DNA of 64,000 nt from Octopus vulgaris. Lineage: Eukaryota. Under the pieces are notes generated by a model. That model did not search any database and was not told the origin of the DNA. It worked only from the letters and a program-made list of their open reading frames with translations. Shown one piece after another: positions 14,201-27,766 of the stretch. A program made the position numbers and the translations under genes. The stretch lies in contig OX597816.1 of the NCBI GenBank assembly GCA_951406725.2, forward strand, positions 56,296,001 to 56,360,000, given 5' to 3'. Positions within the stretch are counted from its first letter, which is position 1. Each line of letters begins with the position of its first letter.

Positions 14201-14398
14201 TTTTACTTGTTTCAATCATTTGACTGTGGCCATGCTGGAGCACCGCCTTTAGTCGAGCAAATCGACCCCAGGACTTATTCTTTGTAAGCCTGGTACTTAT
14301 TCTATCCGTCTCTTTTGCCGAACTGCTAAGTTACGGTGACCTAAACACACCAGCATCGGTTGTCAAGCAATGTTGGCGGGACAAGCACAGACACACAA

Positions 14399-14481
<83 letters not shown>

Positions 14482-14647
14482 CGACGGGCTTCTGTCAGTT
14501 TCCGTCTACCAAATCCACTCACAAGGCTTTGGTCGGCCCGAGGCTATAGTAGAAGACCCTTTCCCAAGGTGCCACGCAGTGGAACTGAACCCGGAACCAT
14601 GTGGTTGGTAAACAAGCTACTTACCACACAGCCACTCCTGCGCCTAT
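14201..14647 (-). mobile_element. SINE family A, full length
   Basis: Same head/microsatellite/tail architecture as 10391-10783. Confidence 0.85.
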
Positions 14648-14948
14648 GTCATCCGTCAAAACAGTTGAGGGCAAAGTTTATGGAATTCACTTGTATGTGT
14701 GTATAAATGTGAGAATGTACATATATATGACTGTATATAGGTGTACACACACAACACACGGATATACACGTACATAGCGTACACACACACAAACAAACAA
14801 ACAAATATCTATGTATATTCTTTATTCTTGACTTGTTTCAACTCGAGAGCTGTGGCCCACGCTGGGGCATATATATACATAACAACGCCTTTCGTTAGCG
14901 ATACCCTTAAAACCAGGAACTTTACAGCACCTTCTCTTGTGTATATAA

Positions 14949-14985
<37 letters not shown>

Positions 14986-15122
14986 GTAAGAGGGGGGCGA
15001 AGAGTTCGATTTTAAGGATATCGCAAAAGGCCTTGTTGGAGGCCCAACGTTCCGAGTTCTTTTACCGGCTTTGAAAAGATGAAGGCCTGTTTCAATTAAT
15101 GTGTAAATCTGAGAGGCGAATA

Positions 15123-16800
15123 TCTCTATCTCTCTATATATAAAACTGAGAATGTGTGTCTGTCTGTCTGTCTGTGTGTTTCCCTAAAACTTGAGAACTA
15201 CACAACCAATTTCATTCAAATTTTATACATGCCTTACTTAGGGTCCATGTAGTTTCATGGGCAAAAAAATTTTAACTTTTTGCCTAGGGCGAGCCCACAG
15301 CAATATCATATCTTCTCCACTACGATTCCCTAAAACTCGAGAACTACACAACCAATTTCATTCAAATTTTATACATGCCTTACTTAGGGTCCATGTAGTT
15401 TCATGGGCAAAAAAAATGTTCAACTTCTTGCCCATGGCGAGCCCATAGCAATATCATATCTTCTCCACTATTTCAGTATTACGTGTTAAAAGTGAAACAA
15501 AAATATTTCTCTATTTTATGTCAGATACTTTCACTTTAACAATAAAAATTAGAGATAATAATAAAAATTGAATTATATGTGGTAAGTAATAATTAAAATC
15601 AAACTAAAGTATAATATAATTGTAACATAACAAAAGTAAACATAGCAATTGGTATAAAATTGCATCAATGACTTGAACTTGAATAAGTGGTTTCACTAAA
15701 ATTTGAATAAATTAAAAATAAAATTAGCGTGCAGAAATAGAATAGTCCAGATGGAGGTGTGCACATACCGTTTACTGCGGATTTTACATTAGATTATCTG
15801 CGAATTAGCTAGCATTAAGTATCTATATGAAGTTTAGCTGTATGTAATGTTTTTTTTCCCGAACAGCCGCTTCTACTGAGTACGGCTGTTGGTTTATTTC
15901 TTATACATAAAGGACTATAGCTTCAACTTATTGATAATCTCTCTCTATATATAAGGGAAACGTTGTTGTGTTGTATTTGTTAAATAATTGTAAACTGTAA
16001 CCCTCCCCCTTTGGGCGAAGGAGCTTTGGTTATTGTTTAAAAATTGAATTGTGTCCCTGTTTGGGGAAATTGACAATATTTTCACTGTTTACACGGAAGC
16101 ATTTTTGTTAGAATGCCTTCAATAGAAGAAAGTCCAAAAATGAATTTCGCTGCAGCCGTCGGCGGGCGCGAACTCATTAAAATTAAAATGGAAGAAATAC
16201 AAACCTATTTCAGATTGATTACCGACAAAGACGTTGAATCTAGGATAAAACCACCAAACGAAATAAAAAATTAAATTAAAGAAAAGACTATTGTCTATAA
16301 AGTATACAATGTAGAGAAAAAAAAAGATTTGAACACCTGGAGGAAAGCACCATCGAAAAGTGTCTTGGTGCGACTATGAAAGATATCTAACCAGAGGCGG
16401 TAAATTCGCCACAATGGAGGCAAGGTTCGAGTCAACGGAGCGTGCAAGGGAGTACTTTACTCAAACCTTGCAAAGTGGAAATATTTTATTTTTACCTTTA
16501 TATCTGGGACGTAGGACGTCCCGGATAAAAATTTAAAATGTCTCCCCAGAAGTAGATGTAGGCTGGATTGTAGCCACACTTCTATACAAGAGGGAGGACA
16601 AGATACAATTGATCGAAATTGCAAGAGACGGGCCTACAATTCCAGTCTGTTATCACTAGCGATATCAAGATATAACTTTGTATTTTGTATTTTATGTGTA
16701 GATGTATATATATAGATGTACATGTAGTATGTATACATATATATACACATATATACATGCACTAGCACTATGACCCGGCAACGACGGGTCATAATGCTAG
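15123..16800 (+). mobile_element. Non-autonomous Helitron (composite)
   Basis: 5' TC..TATATATAAAA..(TGTC)n start; 3' hairpin gacccg-gcaacga-cgggtc then ataatgCTAG|T; ~146-bp internal tandem duplication 15180-15470; second Helitron-like head at ~15938. Confidence 0.7.
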
Positions 16801-17041
16801 TTATATATAAAGCTACAAGCTTTATTTAGTTCGTTCCGAGTTGCCTTAGGTACATCTCATTGACAAGAGTAAAAAAACTCGAATCATCCTTGTCTTAGAT
16901 TCCTAACACTGAACGAATTGATGTTTTCACACCTTTTTTACCACAAGAGAGATTTTTTTCTTCACGGTAACTGTAGTGTATTATTTGCCTTTAGCTGTTG
17001 AAATATGTGACAAATATATTCCAACTAACCTAAATTGTGCT

Positions 17042-17120
<79 letters not shown>

Positions 17121-17826
17121 CTAAGCCAGGTTTTCTTTCCTTTTCCTTCATACTTTTTTTTATATTCTATGCTCTTGTTTTTCACTCTGATGAAGATCCG
17201 TTGCCTTAATTTGAATGCCCTATGGAGATGAAGAACTTTATTCTCGCATTTACGTATATACTGCATTTAGGCAATCCACTCAGTAACGGCCGTATGATAC
17301 GTTACGTCACCTATTTTGTTATGTCATGCTTTGTATTAAAAAGATAAGCGATAAATGTGTTCCAATCGATGTGTTGGTTAATCTGTGGTTTTCTCCATTT
17401 TCTAAATATTTGCATTGGTTCCTGATAAACTCTTCTTATCTGCACTCTATATGCATAGTGTGCCTGCGCACCAATCCCGGGGGATAACACGGGTAACGGA
17501 TACCGATAGAATATACGATATTTTATCCCTTAGTCGGTTACTATAACCGCTAACTCTGATATATAAATATATATATACATACATATATCATACACACACA
17601 CAAACACACATATTGCTTAGTTACAGGATTCAATAGAATCGAGGCACATTAACACGCAGGACGCCAGTACTGGCTAGGTGCAAAATGAGAAGATCCAAAG
17701 TGTGATAAAACAACTCCGAAAGAATCATGTGTTTGCAGGTTAGTGTATATATGTAAGTGCCATATACAATTTAAACCACAGACCCGTCTCAGAGCTTGTT
17801 CTGGGTGCGGCGCAGGTATAAAACAA

Positions 17827-17938
17827 AACTCAAATAGGATTTTTAAAATTTACGACAGCTGTTTCGGTTGAATTTTATTGGTGTGTAAATAAAATTCAAC
17901 AAGAACAACTGTCGTAAATTTAAAAACCCATTTGTGTT
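17827..17938. repeat. Inverted repeat (~52-bp arms, 8-nt loop)
   Basis: aatttacgacagctgtttcggttgaattttatt / aataaaattcaacaagaacaactgtcgtaaattt. Confidence 0.85.
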
Positions 17939-18340
17939 CCTTTGTATTTATATATATACATATATACATACAGGTTGAACGCCAGCCATTTTTTTTTTGT
18001 AAAAATTCATAAATACATACTCTACTCAAAAGTATTCAGTCACCTTTCTGGCACATTAGGCAAGTTTCTACAACTACAGTCTCAAAGCCTAGTGAATGGA
18101 TTTGCTCGGGAGAAAGGCGGAAACTGAAAGAGGTCTGCCGCGTATATAGTGGGGCATATAAGCTCTCGACAGAATAACACAGATAGGAAAGCCTACTTTT
18201 CTTTCTGTTGAGGGTTTATATATCTCATTATTATAATATTTTTCTTAGTCATTGCACGGTGAAGCTTTAGGCTTATATAAATAACATTATTATTATTTAC
18301 AGGATTGTAAAACTCTGCACCGTATAACAAAACCATTTGC

Positions 18341-18422
<82 letters not shown>

Positions 18423-18494
18423 CGTACATATATACATATATATATACATACGTACACACATATATATATATATATATATACATATTTACATACA

Positions 18495-18534
<40 letters not shown>

Positions 18535-18537
18535 TAA

Positions 18538-18856
18538 AGACTCCGCCGGTTACGACGACGAGGGTCCCAGCTGATACGATCAACGGAACAGCTTGCTCGT
18601 GAAATTAACGTGCAAATGGCTGAGCATTCCACAGACACGTGTACCCTTAACGTAGTTCTCGGGGATAATCAGCGTGACACAGAGAGTGACAAGGCTAACC
18701 CTTTGAAATACAAGTACAACTCATTTTTGCCAGCTGAGTGGACTGGAGCAACGTGAAATAAAGTGTCTTGCTCAAGGACACAACGCGTCGCCGGGAATCG
18801 AACTCACAACCTTACGATCATGAGCCGAATGCCCTAACCACTAAACCACGCGCCCT

Positions 18857-18858
<2 letters not shown>
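18538..18858 (-). mobile_element. SINE family D (tRNA head + gtgtccttgagcaagacactt central domain)
   Basis: A box tggtttagtgg, B box gagttcgattcc; both ends in (TA)n; partial copies at 25385-25640, 58236-58452, 61341-61533. Confidence 0.85.
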
Positions 18859-18930
<72 letters not shown>

Positions 18931-19041
18931 CATACATATATACATATGTATATATATATATATATATATAACGGTAAGGTTTACGAAAATAAACAAAAGA
19001 CGAAGGCAGGTGGAGTACAAACAAACAAATGTATTAGTATG

Positions 19042-19093
<52 letters not shown>

Positions 19094-19128
19094 ATATATT
19101 TATACACATACACACACACATATATATA

Positions 19129-19358
19129 CAGGGTTGGCTAAAAGTCAGCAGACAGTAAATCAAAAATCATTTAATTCCAAGATTTATTCATGTTTAACAA
19201 CTGAATGAATTTAATAAAAGCTTCTAAATATGAAACACCATGAAAATTGTTCAAACTGAAGTCCTTCTTGAGTGACACATTTTTCCATTCGCGTCAATAC
19301 GGAATTACAAGTAGAATTTATGGAATTTTGATTTACCGTCGGGTGACTTTTGGCACAC
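19129..19358 (-). mobile_element. Tc1/mariner-derived MITE with TIRs
   Basis: Left cagggttggctaaaagtcagcagacagtaaatcaaaa vs right ttttgatttaccgtcgggtgacttttggcacac; internal minus translation TRMEKCVTQEGLQFEQ resembles a transposase C-terminus; preceded by TA. Confidence 0.7.
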
Positions 19359-19389
19359 ACATACACACACAAGCATATACTCTCTTTAC

Positions 19390-19604
19390 TCTTTCACTCT
19401 TTTACTTGTTTCAGTCCTTTGACTGTGACCATGCTGGAGCACCGCCTTTAGTCGAGCAAATCGACCCCAGGACTTATTCTTTGTAAGCCCAGTACTTATT
19501 CTATCGGTCTCTTTTTGCCGAATCGCTAAGTGACGGGGACGTAAACACACCAGCATCGGTTGTCAAGCAATGCTAGGGGGACAAACACAGGCAAACAAAC
19601 GCAT

Positions 19605-19650
<46 letters not shown>

Positions 19651-19785
19651 CAGTAATAATATAGGGTGAAATTAATTAATTTGGAATAATCATTAATTTC
19701 ACCAAGTAGATTTCGGCATGTAAAAGCCCCATTCGAGGAAAGTTTAAGTATTACTTAGTATTACTTAGAATTACTTAATTACTTA

Positions 19786-19854
<69 letters not shown>

Positions 19855-19972
19855 GACAGGCTTCTTTCAGTTTCCGTCTACCAAATCCACTCACAAGGCA
19901 TTGGTCGGCCCGGGGCTATAGCAGAAGACACTTGCCCAAGATGCCACGCAGTAGGACGGAACCCGGAACCAG
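19390..19972 (-). mobile_element. SINE family A with ~135-bp insertion in its internal (TA)n
   Basis: Tail 19390-19600, head 19853-19972, insert 19651-19787. Confidence 0.8.
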
Positions 19973-21006
19973 CTGACATTTTAAAACATCCCTTCTTTTA
20001 ATCACCATTATTAGCTGCGCCTCTGTAATTATTTAGCCTAGTTTTAAAACGGCCTCTCCTTTGCCTCAACATATTTCTGTGTGTGTGTCCGTGCCTAATT
20101 GTTGTTGTACAGCCCTACCTAATCCCTTGCTTTGTAAACTATGGCAACTGCCTTGGCATTGAGCACTCATTTCCGACCAGACGTGAGCATCTTCCTTCTG
20201 TGCGGGAGTTTGGGGCGTTCACTAAAATATGGAATTCTTTTCGTTTTGATATTAGGCGCACAGCTCAACGGGACCCTTAAATTATGCCTTTTGAATAATC
20301 TCCTATACCTACAAGACTTGATAAAATTATTAGCCTTTAATCCAAGCAAGTCCCTTCCCACGTTGAGAGTCAAAGGTGGGGTAAACCAGAACACTTACTC
20401 TTGAGGGTTCAGAGACAGGCATTTAAGTGATGTGATCCTTAACCCTGCTGCTTGACAGATTCTTGTTATAATACAGGGCCGTTTTGTGGTACCCCAGTTT
20501 GTCATCACCAATCGAACCAGCACCGTATATATTTACTTCATGCATCAAAGAAGCTACGCTCTTCTGGCCAGTGTGTCTGAAGAATCGTTATTATTGATTT
20601 GTCAAATGCAATATTCGATGCGAAACCATCAGTAAGTGCTTGTCCAACTATTCCGGCCACAACCAGCAATAACCTACTCAACGATAGATGTCTTTTCCTC
20701 TTTATCTTTTTCTTGTTTAAGTTATTAAACTGCGGCCCTGCTGGGGCACCGTCTTGACGAATTTTAGTGGAACGAATCAATCCCACTATTATTTTTTAAG
20801 ACTGGTATGCATTCTATCCGCCTCATTTACTGAACCGCAAAGTTGACTTGGTGTCAAACATGTTGGGTGACAAGCACAGACACATACACTCTAACTCACA
20901 CATACACACACACAGTGAACGCATACACACACATAAACACACATACACACTCAAACACAGAAACACATATATACATACATACATACATACATACATACAT
21001 ACATAC

Positions 21007-21366
21007 AAAAATACCTTTTTGTTGATGTTGAAATTCCAATGAAGGAGCCTTGGATCTAGGTTAGAAACGGGCTCTTTCTCTATTGGCAAGAAATCTTGAA
21101 ATAAAACTGAACAATCACATACATACATACATGTATGCATACATAAATACATACATACATGCATGCATACATTCATGCATGCAAACATGCATACACACAG
21201 GCATACATACATACATACATACATACATACATACATACATACATACATACATACATACATACAAAAATCCCTTTTTGTTGATGTTGAAATTCCAATGAAG
21301 GAGCCTTGGATCTATGTAAGAAACCGGCTCTTTCTCTATTGGCAAATCTTGAAATAAACTGAAAAA
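21007..21366 (+). repeat. Two ~105-bp direct repeats embedded in (TACA)n
   Basis: ttgttgatgttgaaattccaatgaaggagccttggatcta...aatcttgaaataaa at 21007-21115 and 21263-21366. Confidence 0.85.
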
Positions 21367-21993
21367 CGCAGATACATACACGTGTTTGTGTATGTATGTA
21401 TATATGTATATATTTATATATGCATATATATATACACATATATTGCATGTATGTATGTATGTATGTATGTATGTATGTATGTATGTATGTATGTATGTAT
21501 GGATGGATGGATGGATGGATGGATGGATTGATGGATGGATGCATGCATGTATATATCTACGTGTGTTTGTGTGTGTGTGTGTGTGTGTGTCTGTGTGTGT
21601 GTGTTCAGCAACAAGATTATATAACTAAAACACAATCTACACATGTTTAACAATCCACAGGAGTATGAAGTACTTTTGAGGTACTGGACTAAAAAAATAT
21701 ATATATATTTTGTATATCAATATATCACTATGTTGATATATATTTATATAAAGCGTGTCTGTCTGCTCATATACGCGTGTATATGTATTTATATGCATGA
21801 GTGTGTATGTGTGTGTGTGTGTGTATGCATGTATGCACACACACGTCCTCCCAGCCACACCCACCCCACCTATTTTCATTTACGTATTTTCACGCCTCTC
21901 TGCGTCAGCGTATATATATTTTGGTGTGAGAAAGATTATATCTTTCTATTTAATGAATTATGTTTTATATAGCAGACTGGCTGCGTGTACAGT

Positions 21994-22095
<102 letters not shown>

Positions 22096-22127
22096 GGTGG
22101 TGGTGGTAATAGTACTAGTAGTAGTAC

Positions 22128-22163
<36 letters not shown>

Positions 22164-22579
22164 AGACCAGAAAATGAGAGAGAGAGAGAATAAGAAGGGC
22201 TGAAAATAGTTTTCCAAAATTAAATATTTTGTAAGTTGGCTTCTGTAACCGAAATAACATGGGATGCTGGCGGAAGTTGGGTTGGAAGAGGGTGGACGGT
22301 GATGGAGGGGAAGAGAAAGAGAAAGAGAAATGAAACAGAAAAAGAGGGAAAGGAATTCAAAATAAAACAGAAAAAAAAAGAAAAAAAAGAAACAACAACA
22401 AAGAAATAATGCTATCATTATATCTTCACTCCCTTTTCCTTGTATCCGACTTCCGACCATCACCACAACCACCACCACCAACAGCAGCTACAAAACACAT
22501 CGCAGCAACCACCACAACCACCACTACTATCACCAACACCACGACACACACTGCCGTCATCACCGCTACCACCACCGCC

Positions 22580-22745
<166 letters not shown>

Positions 22746-22749
22746 GGCT

Positions 22750-24800
22750 GGTCCTTTTTTTTGCCTAATAAACACACACACGCTATATATATTATATATA
22801 TTTTCTTCATCACTCATTTATTACCGTTTTTATTTTATTATTTTAGCTCATGTCCATTGTCCAGAAGTCTTTCGTCACACATCTGTGACCTCTTCAGCGA
22901 CACTTTTCGTTTTCTGTGTGTCTTCTCGCTTCACTTACTCCATTCTGTTCTTCTAAGATGCGCATGCTTATGTGCACATGCGTTTGTGTCCTTGTATGTG
23001 CGTACGTGTGTGTGAGTGTGTATGTGCGTGTGTGTGTATGTGTATGGGTTCGCTTCATATGTTGTATATATCCATGCTCTTTATATAGATTTATTTATTT
23101 TATCTATCTCTATATCTTATATTCATCCCAGGTATGTGACAAATATATTTATATATTTGTTTATTTATCTATTTATATGTTTATTTTTTTATTATACATC
23201 TATCTCTATTTCTCATCAGTACCACAAGTAAGTGCAAGTATGTCTGCTGTGTGTGTATTACCCTGCATGTTTCTGTGTATTATTTACAACTCTTTTCTTC
23301 TCTCTTCTCATCCCTTCTGTCTTTAGTCATGTGATGTGGTGTGGTGGTGGGTGTTACTGTTCCATTCATGTCTTCTATTGAGGCTCAGTTTGTCTACTGC
23401 TATGCGTATAGCCTCAGTGATCTCTGTAAGTGATTTCTATGTGACAATAATACCTTAACCTCTATGTTATCAATCGAGCCTCCATGTTCTCCCTGAGCAT
23501 GTTAGAGCACTGACGAGCTTTTCCCTTCTTTGAGCTCTCGCCAATGTTCCCCTGTACGCTCTCCTATGCTGCGTGCAGTCTTTTCAATGTAGGTAACTGT
23601 CCTGTTTCTGCATCGTCCCTACACTGGAGAGACTGCCCGCAGCATAGGATAGCGTATAGGTGCACATTGGTGAGAGCTCAAAGAAGGGAAAAGTTCGTTA
23701 GTGCTCTACCAAATATGCTCAAGGAGAACATGGAGGCTCGATTGATAGCATAGAGGTTAATATATTATCGTCTCATAGAACGGACACTTAGCTCGCAGAG
23801 GCTACACACATAGCAACAGACAAAACGAACCTCAATTTAAAACATGAATGGAACAAGAACACCCACCACCACGCCACGTCACATGGCTAGCGGGATGACA
23901 GGCGGGATGAGAAGAAAGCGAGGTAAAACAAAAAGCAAAAAAAGTCGTAAATAATGCACAGAAACATACAGAGTAATACACACACAGCAGATATACATGC
24001 ACTTACCCGTGGTACTGATGAGAAATAGATAGATGTATAATAAAAAAATAAACATATAAATAGATAAATAAACAAATATGTAAATATATTTGTCACATAC
24101 CTGGGATAAATATAAGATATAGATATAGATAAAATAAATAAATCAATATAAAGAGCATGGCTATATATATACAACATATGAAGCGAACCCATACACACAC
24201 AAGAAATTTCACGGGTGGCTACAACAATGTCAATAACACGATTAACAAGAACAGCAGCAGCGACGGTGACAACGATAGCAATAACAACAACAGTAACTAT
24301 CACGATGACAACACCGTGGGCGAATACAAATATGCAAAGGAATACAGGAACTGCACCATATTTTCGGGTCTTAGAACAGCAGCAGCACAATGGGGTGAGT
24401 GGATGGGGCTGCTGATGGTAAGGCCCACACTGCAGCTAAAAACTAATACACACACACATACATACACACATACATACACACACACACACACATACAAGGT
24501 CACAAACGCATGAGCACATAAGGATGCGCACCTTAGAAGAACAGAATAAAGTAAGTGGAGCAAGAATACACACGAAAACGAAAAGTGTCGCTGAAGAGGT
24601 CACAGATGTGTGACGAAGGACTTCCGGACAATGGACATGAGCTAAAATAAATAAAATAAGAACAGTAATAAATGAGTGAAGAACAAATATATAGTGAGTG
24701 TGTTTATTAGGCAAAAAAAATATGACCGTCCCGAAATACAACAAAATCGGTTTCAAGACACGATTTCACATCAGGAATCTTGCAACACAAACAGATAACT
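22750..24800. mobile_element. Head-to-head pair of 5'-truncated Penelope-like copies (2-kb foldback)
   Basis: Arms 22750-23617(-) and 23618-24800(+). Both encode the decayed GIY-YIG tail ([39 protein letters not shown]) homologous to the 42604 ORF, followed by pLTR with CTGAAGAG-GTCACA-gatg-TGTGAC-GAA. Confidence 0.85.
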
Positions 24801-25047
24801 GTATATATACTGGTAAAAACGGTAAGATAAAAAAAGAAAGAAAGAGACCTCAATATCATGTAAATAGAGGAAATTTATCTATAATTTCTTTTTATATAAC
24901 GGTATTTTTCATATCGTTTTTCAGATGGCCAAATAACCGAAGAGATGGTGTTGTGGATTTCCATTTCGGCATCCAAAACTCAGAGTTTTATCTTGACTAT
25001 TGAATAATTGTCACATATTAATTTATATATATATATATTATATATAA

Positions 25048-25200
25048 GGGAGATTTACGAAAAAACAAAAGACGAAGACAGGTGGTGTACAAAAGAAACA
25101 GATGTATTAGTATAACACTCAGGAATAGAAAAAGAATTTTACGTTTCGAGCCTACGCTCTTCTACAGAAAGTGACACAGAAAAAACAAGGAGAGAAAAAA
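25048..25200 (-). mobile_element. Family H hammerhead-like cassette
   Basis: ttt-CTGTAGA-A-GAGC-gtag-GCTC-GAAAC-GTA-aaa; (TA)n on both sides. Confidence 0.65.
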
Positions 25201-25212
25201 TGTGCGTAGTGG

Positions 25213-25273
<61 letters not shown>

Positions 25274-25291
25274 CATACATACATACATACA

Positions 25292-25323
<32 letters not shown>

Positions 25324-26162
25324 ATTATAATATGAGGGAATATTATTCCAAACTTACATACATATATATATCAACTGACTTTCTGTCGATTGCGACGATG
25401 GACGCTCTAGTTGATCCGATCGACGGAACAGCCTGCTTGTTGAAATTAACGTACAAGTGGCTGAACACTCCATATACGCGCGTACCCTTAACGTAGTTCT
25501 CAGGGAGATTCAGTGCGACGCAGAATGTGACAAGGGTGACCCTTTGAATTACAGGTACAACTCATTTTTGCCAGCGGAATTGACAGGTGTAAAGTGAAAT
25601 GAAAAGTTTTGCTCAAGGGCACAACGCACTGCCAGGAATCTACCAAATCCCAAGGCTTTGTTTGACCCAAGATTAGAGCAGAAGACACTTGCCCAAGGTT
25701 CCACGCAGTGGGACTGAACCCGGAACCATGTAGTTGGAAAGCAAACTTCTTACCACTCAGCCACACGGAGGGAGAGAGAGAGAAAGGGGAGAAGTGGAGA
25801 GAGAGAGGGAGTTGGGGGAGAGAGAGGTCGGAGAGAGAGATGGGGAAAATAGATTCTCCAAAATATAACTGATTTTCCCTAACATAGTCCCAGAGAGAAA
25901 CGGGTAAAATTTTCCTTCCGTATTCAAAGTTCGAGTTCTATCGTCTCCTTATCATGCTTTACTCCAGTAACATTTTAATTCATTCTTTGCACAGATCTTG
26001 GTTCAAATCTTACCAAATGAGAATGTAAGGCGTTTTTCTCAAGAGAAACCAATCTTTAATTCCAAACAATTTCAAACACATTCCATCACCTGGCACTTGT
26101 ATATTTACTTGCGATGATGCCTGGAATTATATTCACCTAAAACCACCCGTTACAAAATAAAC

Positions 26163-26302
<140 letters not shown>

Positions 26303-26407
26303 AGTTATTGCAATATCAAAGAATCATCTCTAAAACTTTTCTGGAGTTTATTCAATAAAATACCAACACCACAGCGTCAGCCTCTCCTCTCCCTCTTTCC
26401 CTTTCTC

Positions 26408-26448
<41 letters not shown>

Positions 26449-26934
26449 GTATCCCTTTCCCTCTCTATCTCTCTCTCCCTCCTCTCTCACCTCCCACTCC
26501 CCCTCCTCTCTCACCTCCCCCTCCCCCTCCTCTCTCCCCCCTCCCCTCCTCTCTCCCTACCACTTGCTGCTCTATCTCAAAAACAACAATCCATTCTTTT
26601 CTTTCTGTTAGTTCTTCACCACCAACCCGCGAGTCACAGCCTCATCCACACTCCGTCCCCACCGCTTCCACCCCACCCCCATATTACAATATCATGGACA
26701 CCGATTCTGTGAGATAGCAACCAAGTTGTTCTCAAATTATTGCTTCTTAACGTGAGAAGAACACTTTGGATAATAGAGTCGCAGATTTTTCCGAAAAAGA
26801 CTATAAGGCCACGGCAGGAATGTCTCTGAAGATGGTTTTATTTGATCCTGGAGGTTTAGTGCTAAACAATAATAACAACCCCAATGTTACACAATAGTAC
26901 AACTTTCATTTGTTCTGATGTAGGACATATCTCT

Positions 26935-27335
26935 TTACTCTTTTACTCGTTTACTTGTTTCAGTCATTTGACTGCGGCCATGCTGGAGCACCACCTTTAG
27001 TCGAGAAAATCGACCCCGGGACTTATTCTTTGTAAGCCCAGTACTTATTCTATCGGTCTCTTTTGCCGAACCACTAAGTGACGGGGACGTAAACACACCA
27101 GCATCGGTTGTCAAGTAATGGTGGGGGGACAAACACAGACACACAAACAGATACACACACATACATATATATATATATACATATATGCGACAGGTTTCTT
27201 TCAGTTTCCGTCTACCAAATCCACTCACAAGGCATTGGTCGGCCCGAGGCTATAGCAGAAGACACATGCCCAAGATGCCACGCAGTGGGACTGAACCCGG
27301 AACCATGTGGTTGGTAAGCAAGCTACTTACCACAC
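26935..27335 (-). mobile_element. SINE family A, followed head-to-head by another family A head (27340-27485, +)
   Basis: Near-identity to 10391-10783. Confidence 0.85.
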
Positions 27336-27616
27336 AGCATGTAGGCGCAGGAGTGACCTGTGTGGGAAGAAGCTTGCTTCCAAACCAAACGGTTCCGAGT
27401 TCAGTCCCACTACGTAGAACATTCGGCAAGTGTCTTCTGCTATAACCTTGTGAGTGGATTTGGTAGACGAAAACTGAATGAAGGTGTAGTAGATATAAAA
27501 AATAATGTTCAGGAACAATAATAGTATATACATATGTGTGTATACATATATGTATGTGTATGTATGCATGTATATATGTATATATGTGTGTGTATATGTA
27601 TTTATATATATGTATG

Positions 27617-27690
<74 letters not shown>

Positions 27691-27715
27691 CATACATTCA
27701 TACATATATATTTAC

Positions 27716-27766
<51 letters not shown>

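Noticed and set aside
18193-18583. YIYI/THTH/CVCV ORFs here and throughout the track
   Set aside because: Translations of dinucleotide and tetranucleotide microsatellites
18790-18858. tRNA gene (also 13260-13331, 32808-32880)
   Set aside because: A/B boxes are present but run into repeated SINE bodies; no convincing cloverleaf/acceptor stem
19705-19742. Hairpin + GAAA motifs (also 13360-13400, 13998-14032, 30305-30385, 49460-49535)
   Set aside because: Only half of the hammerhead core is recognisable; too degenerate to call
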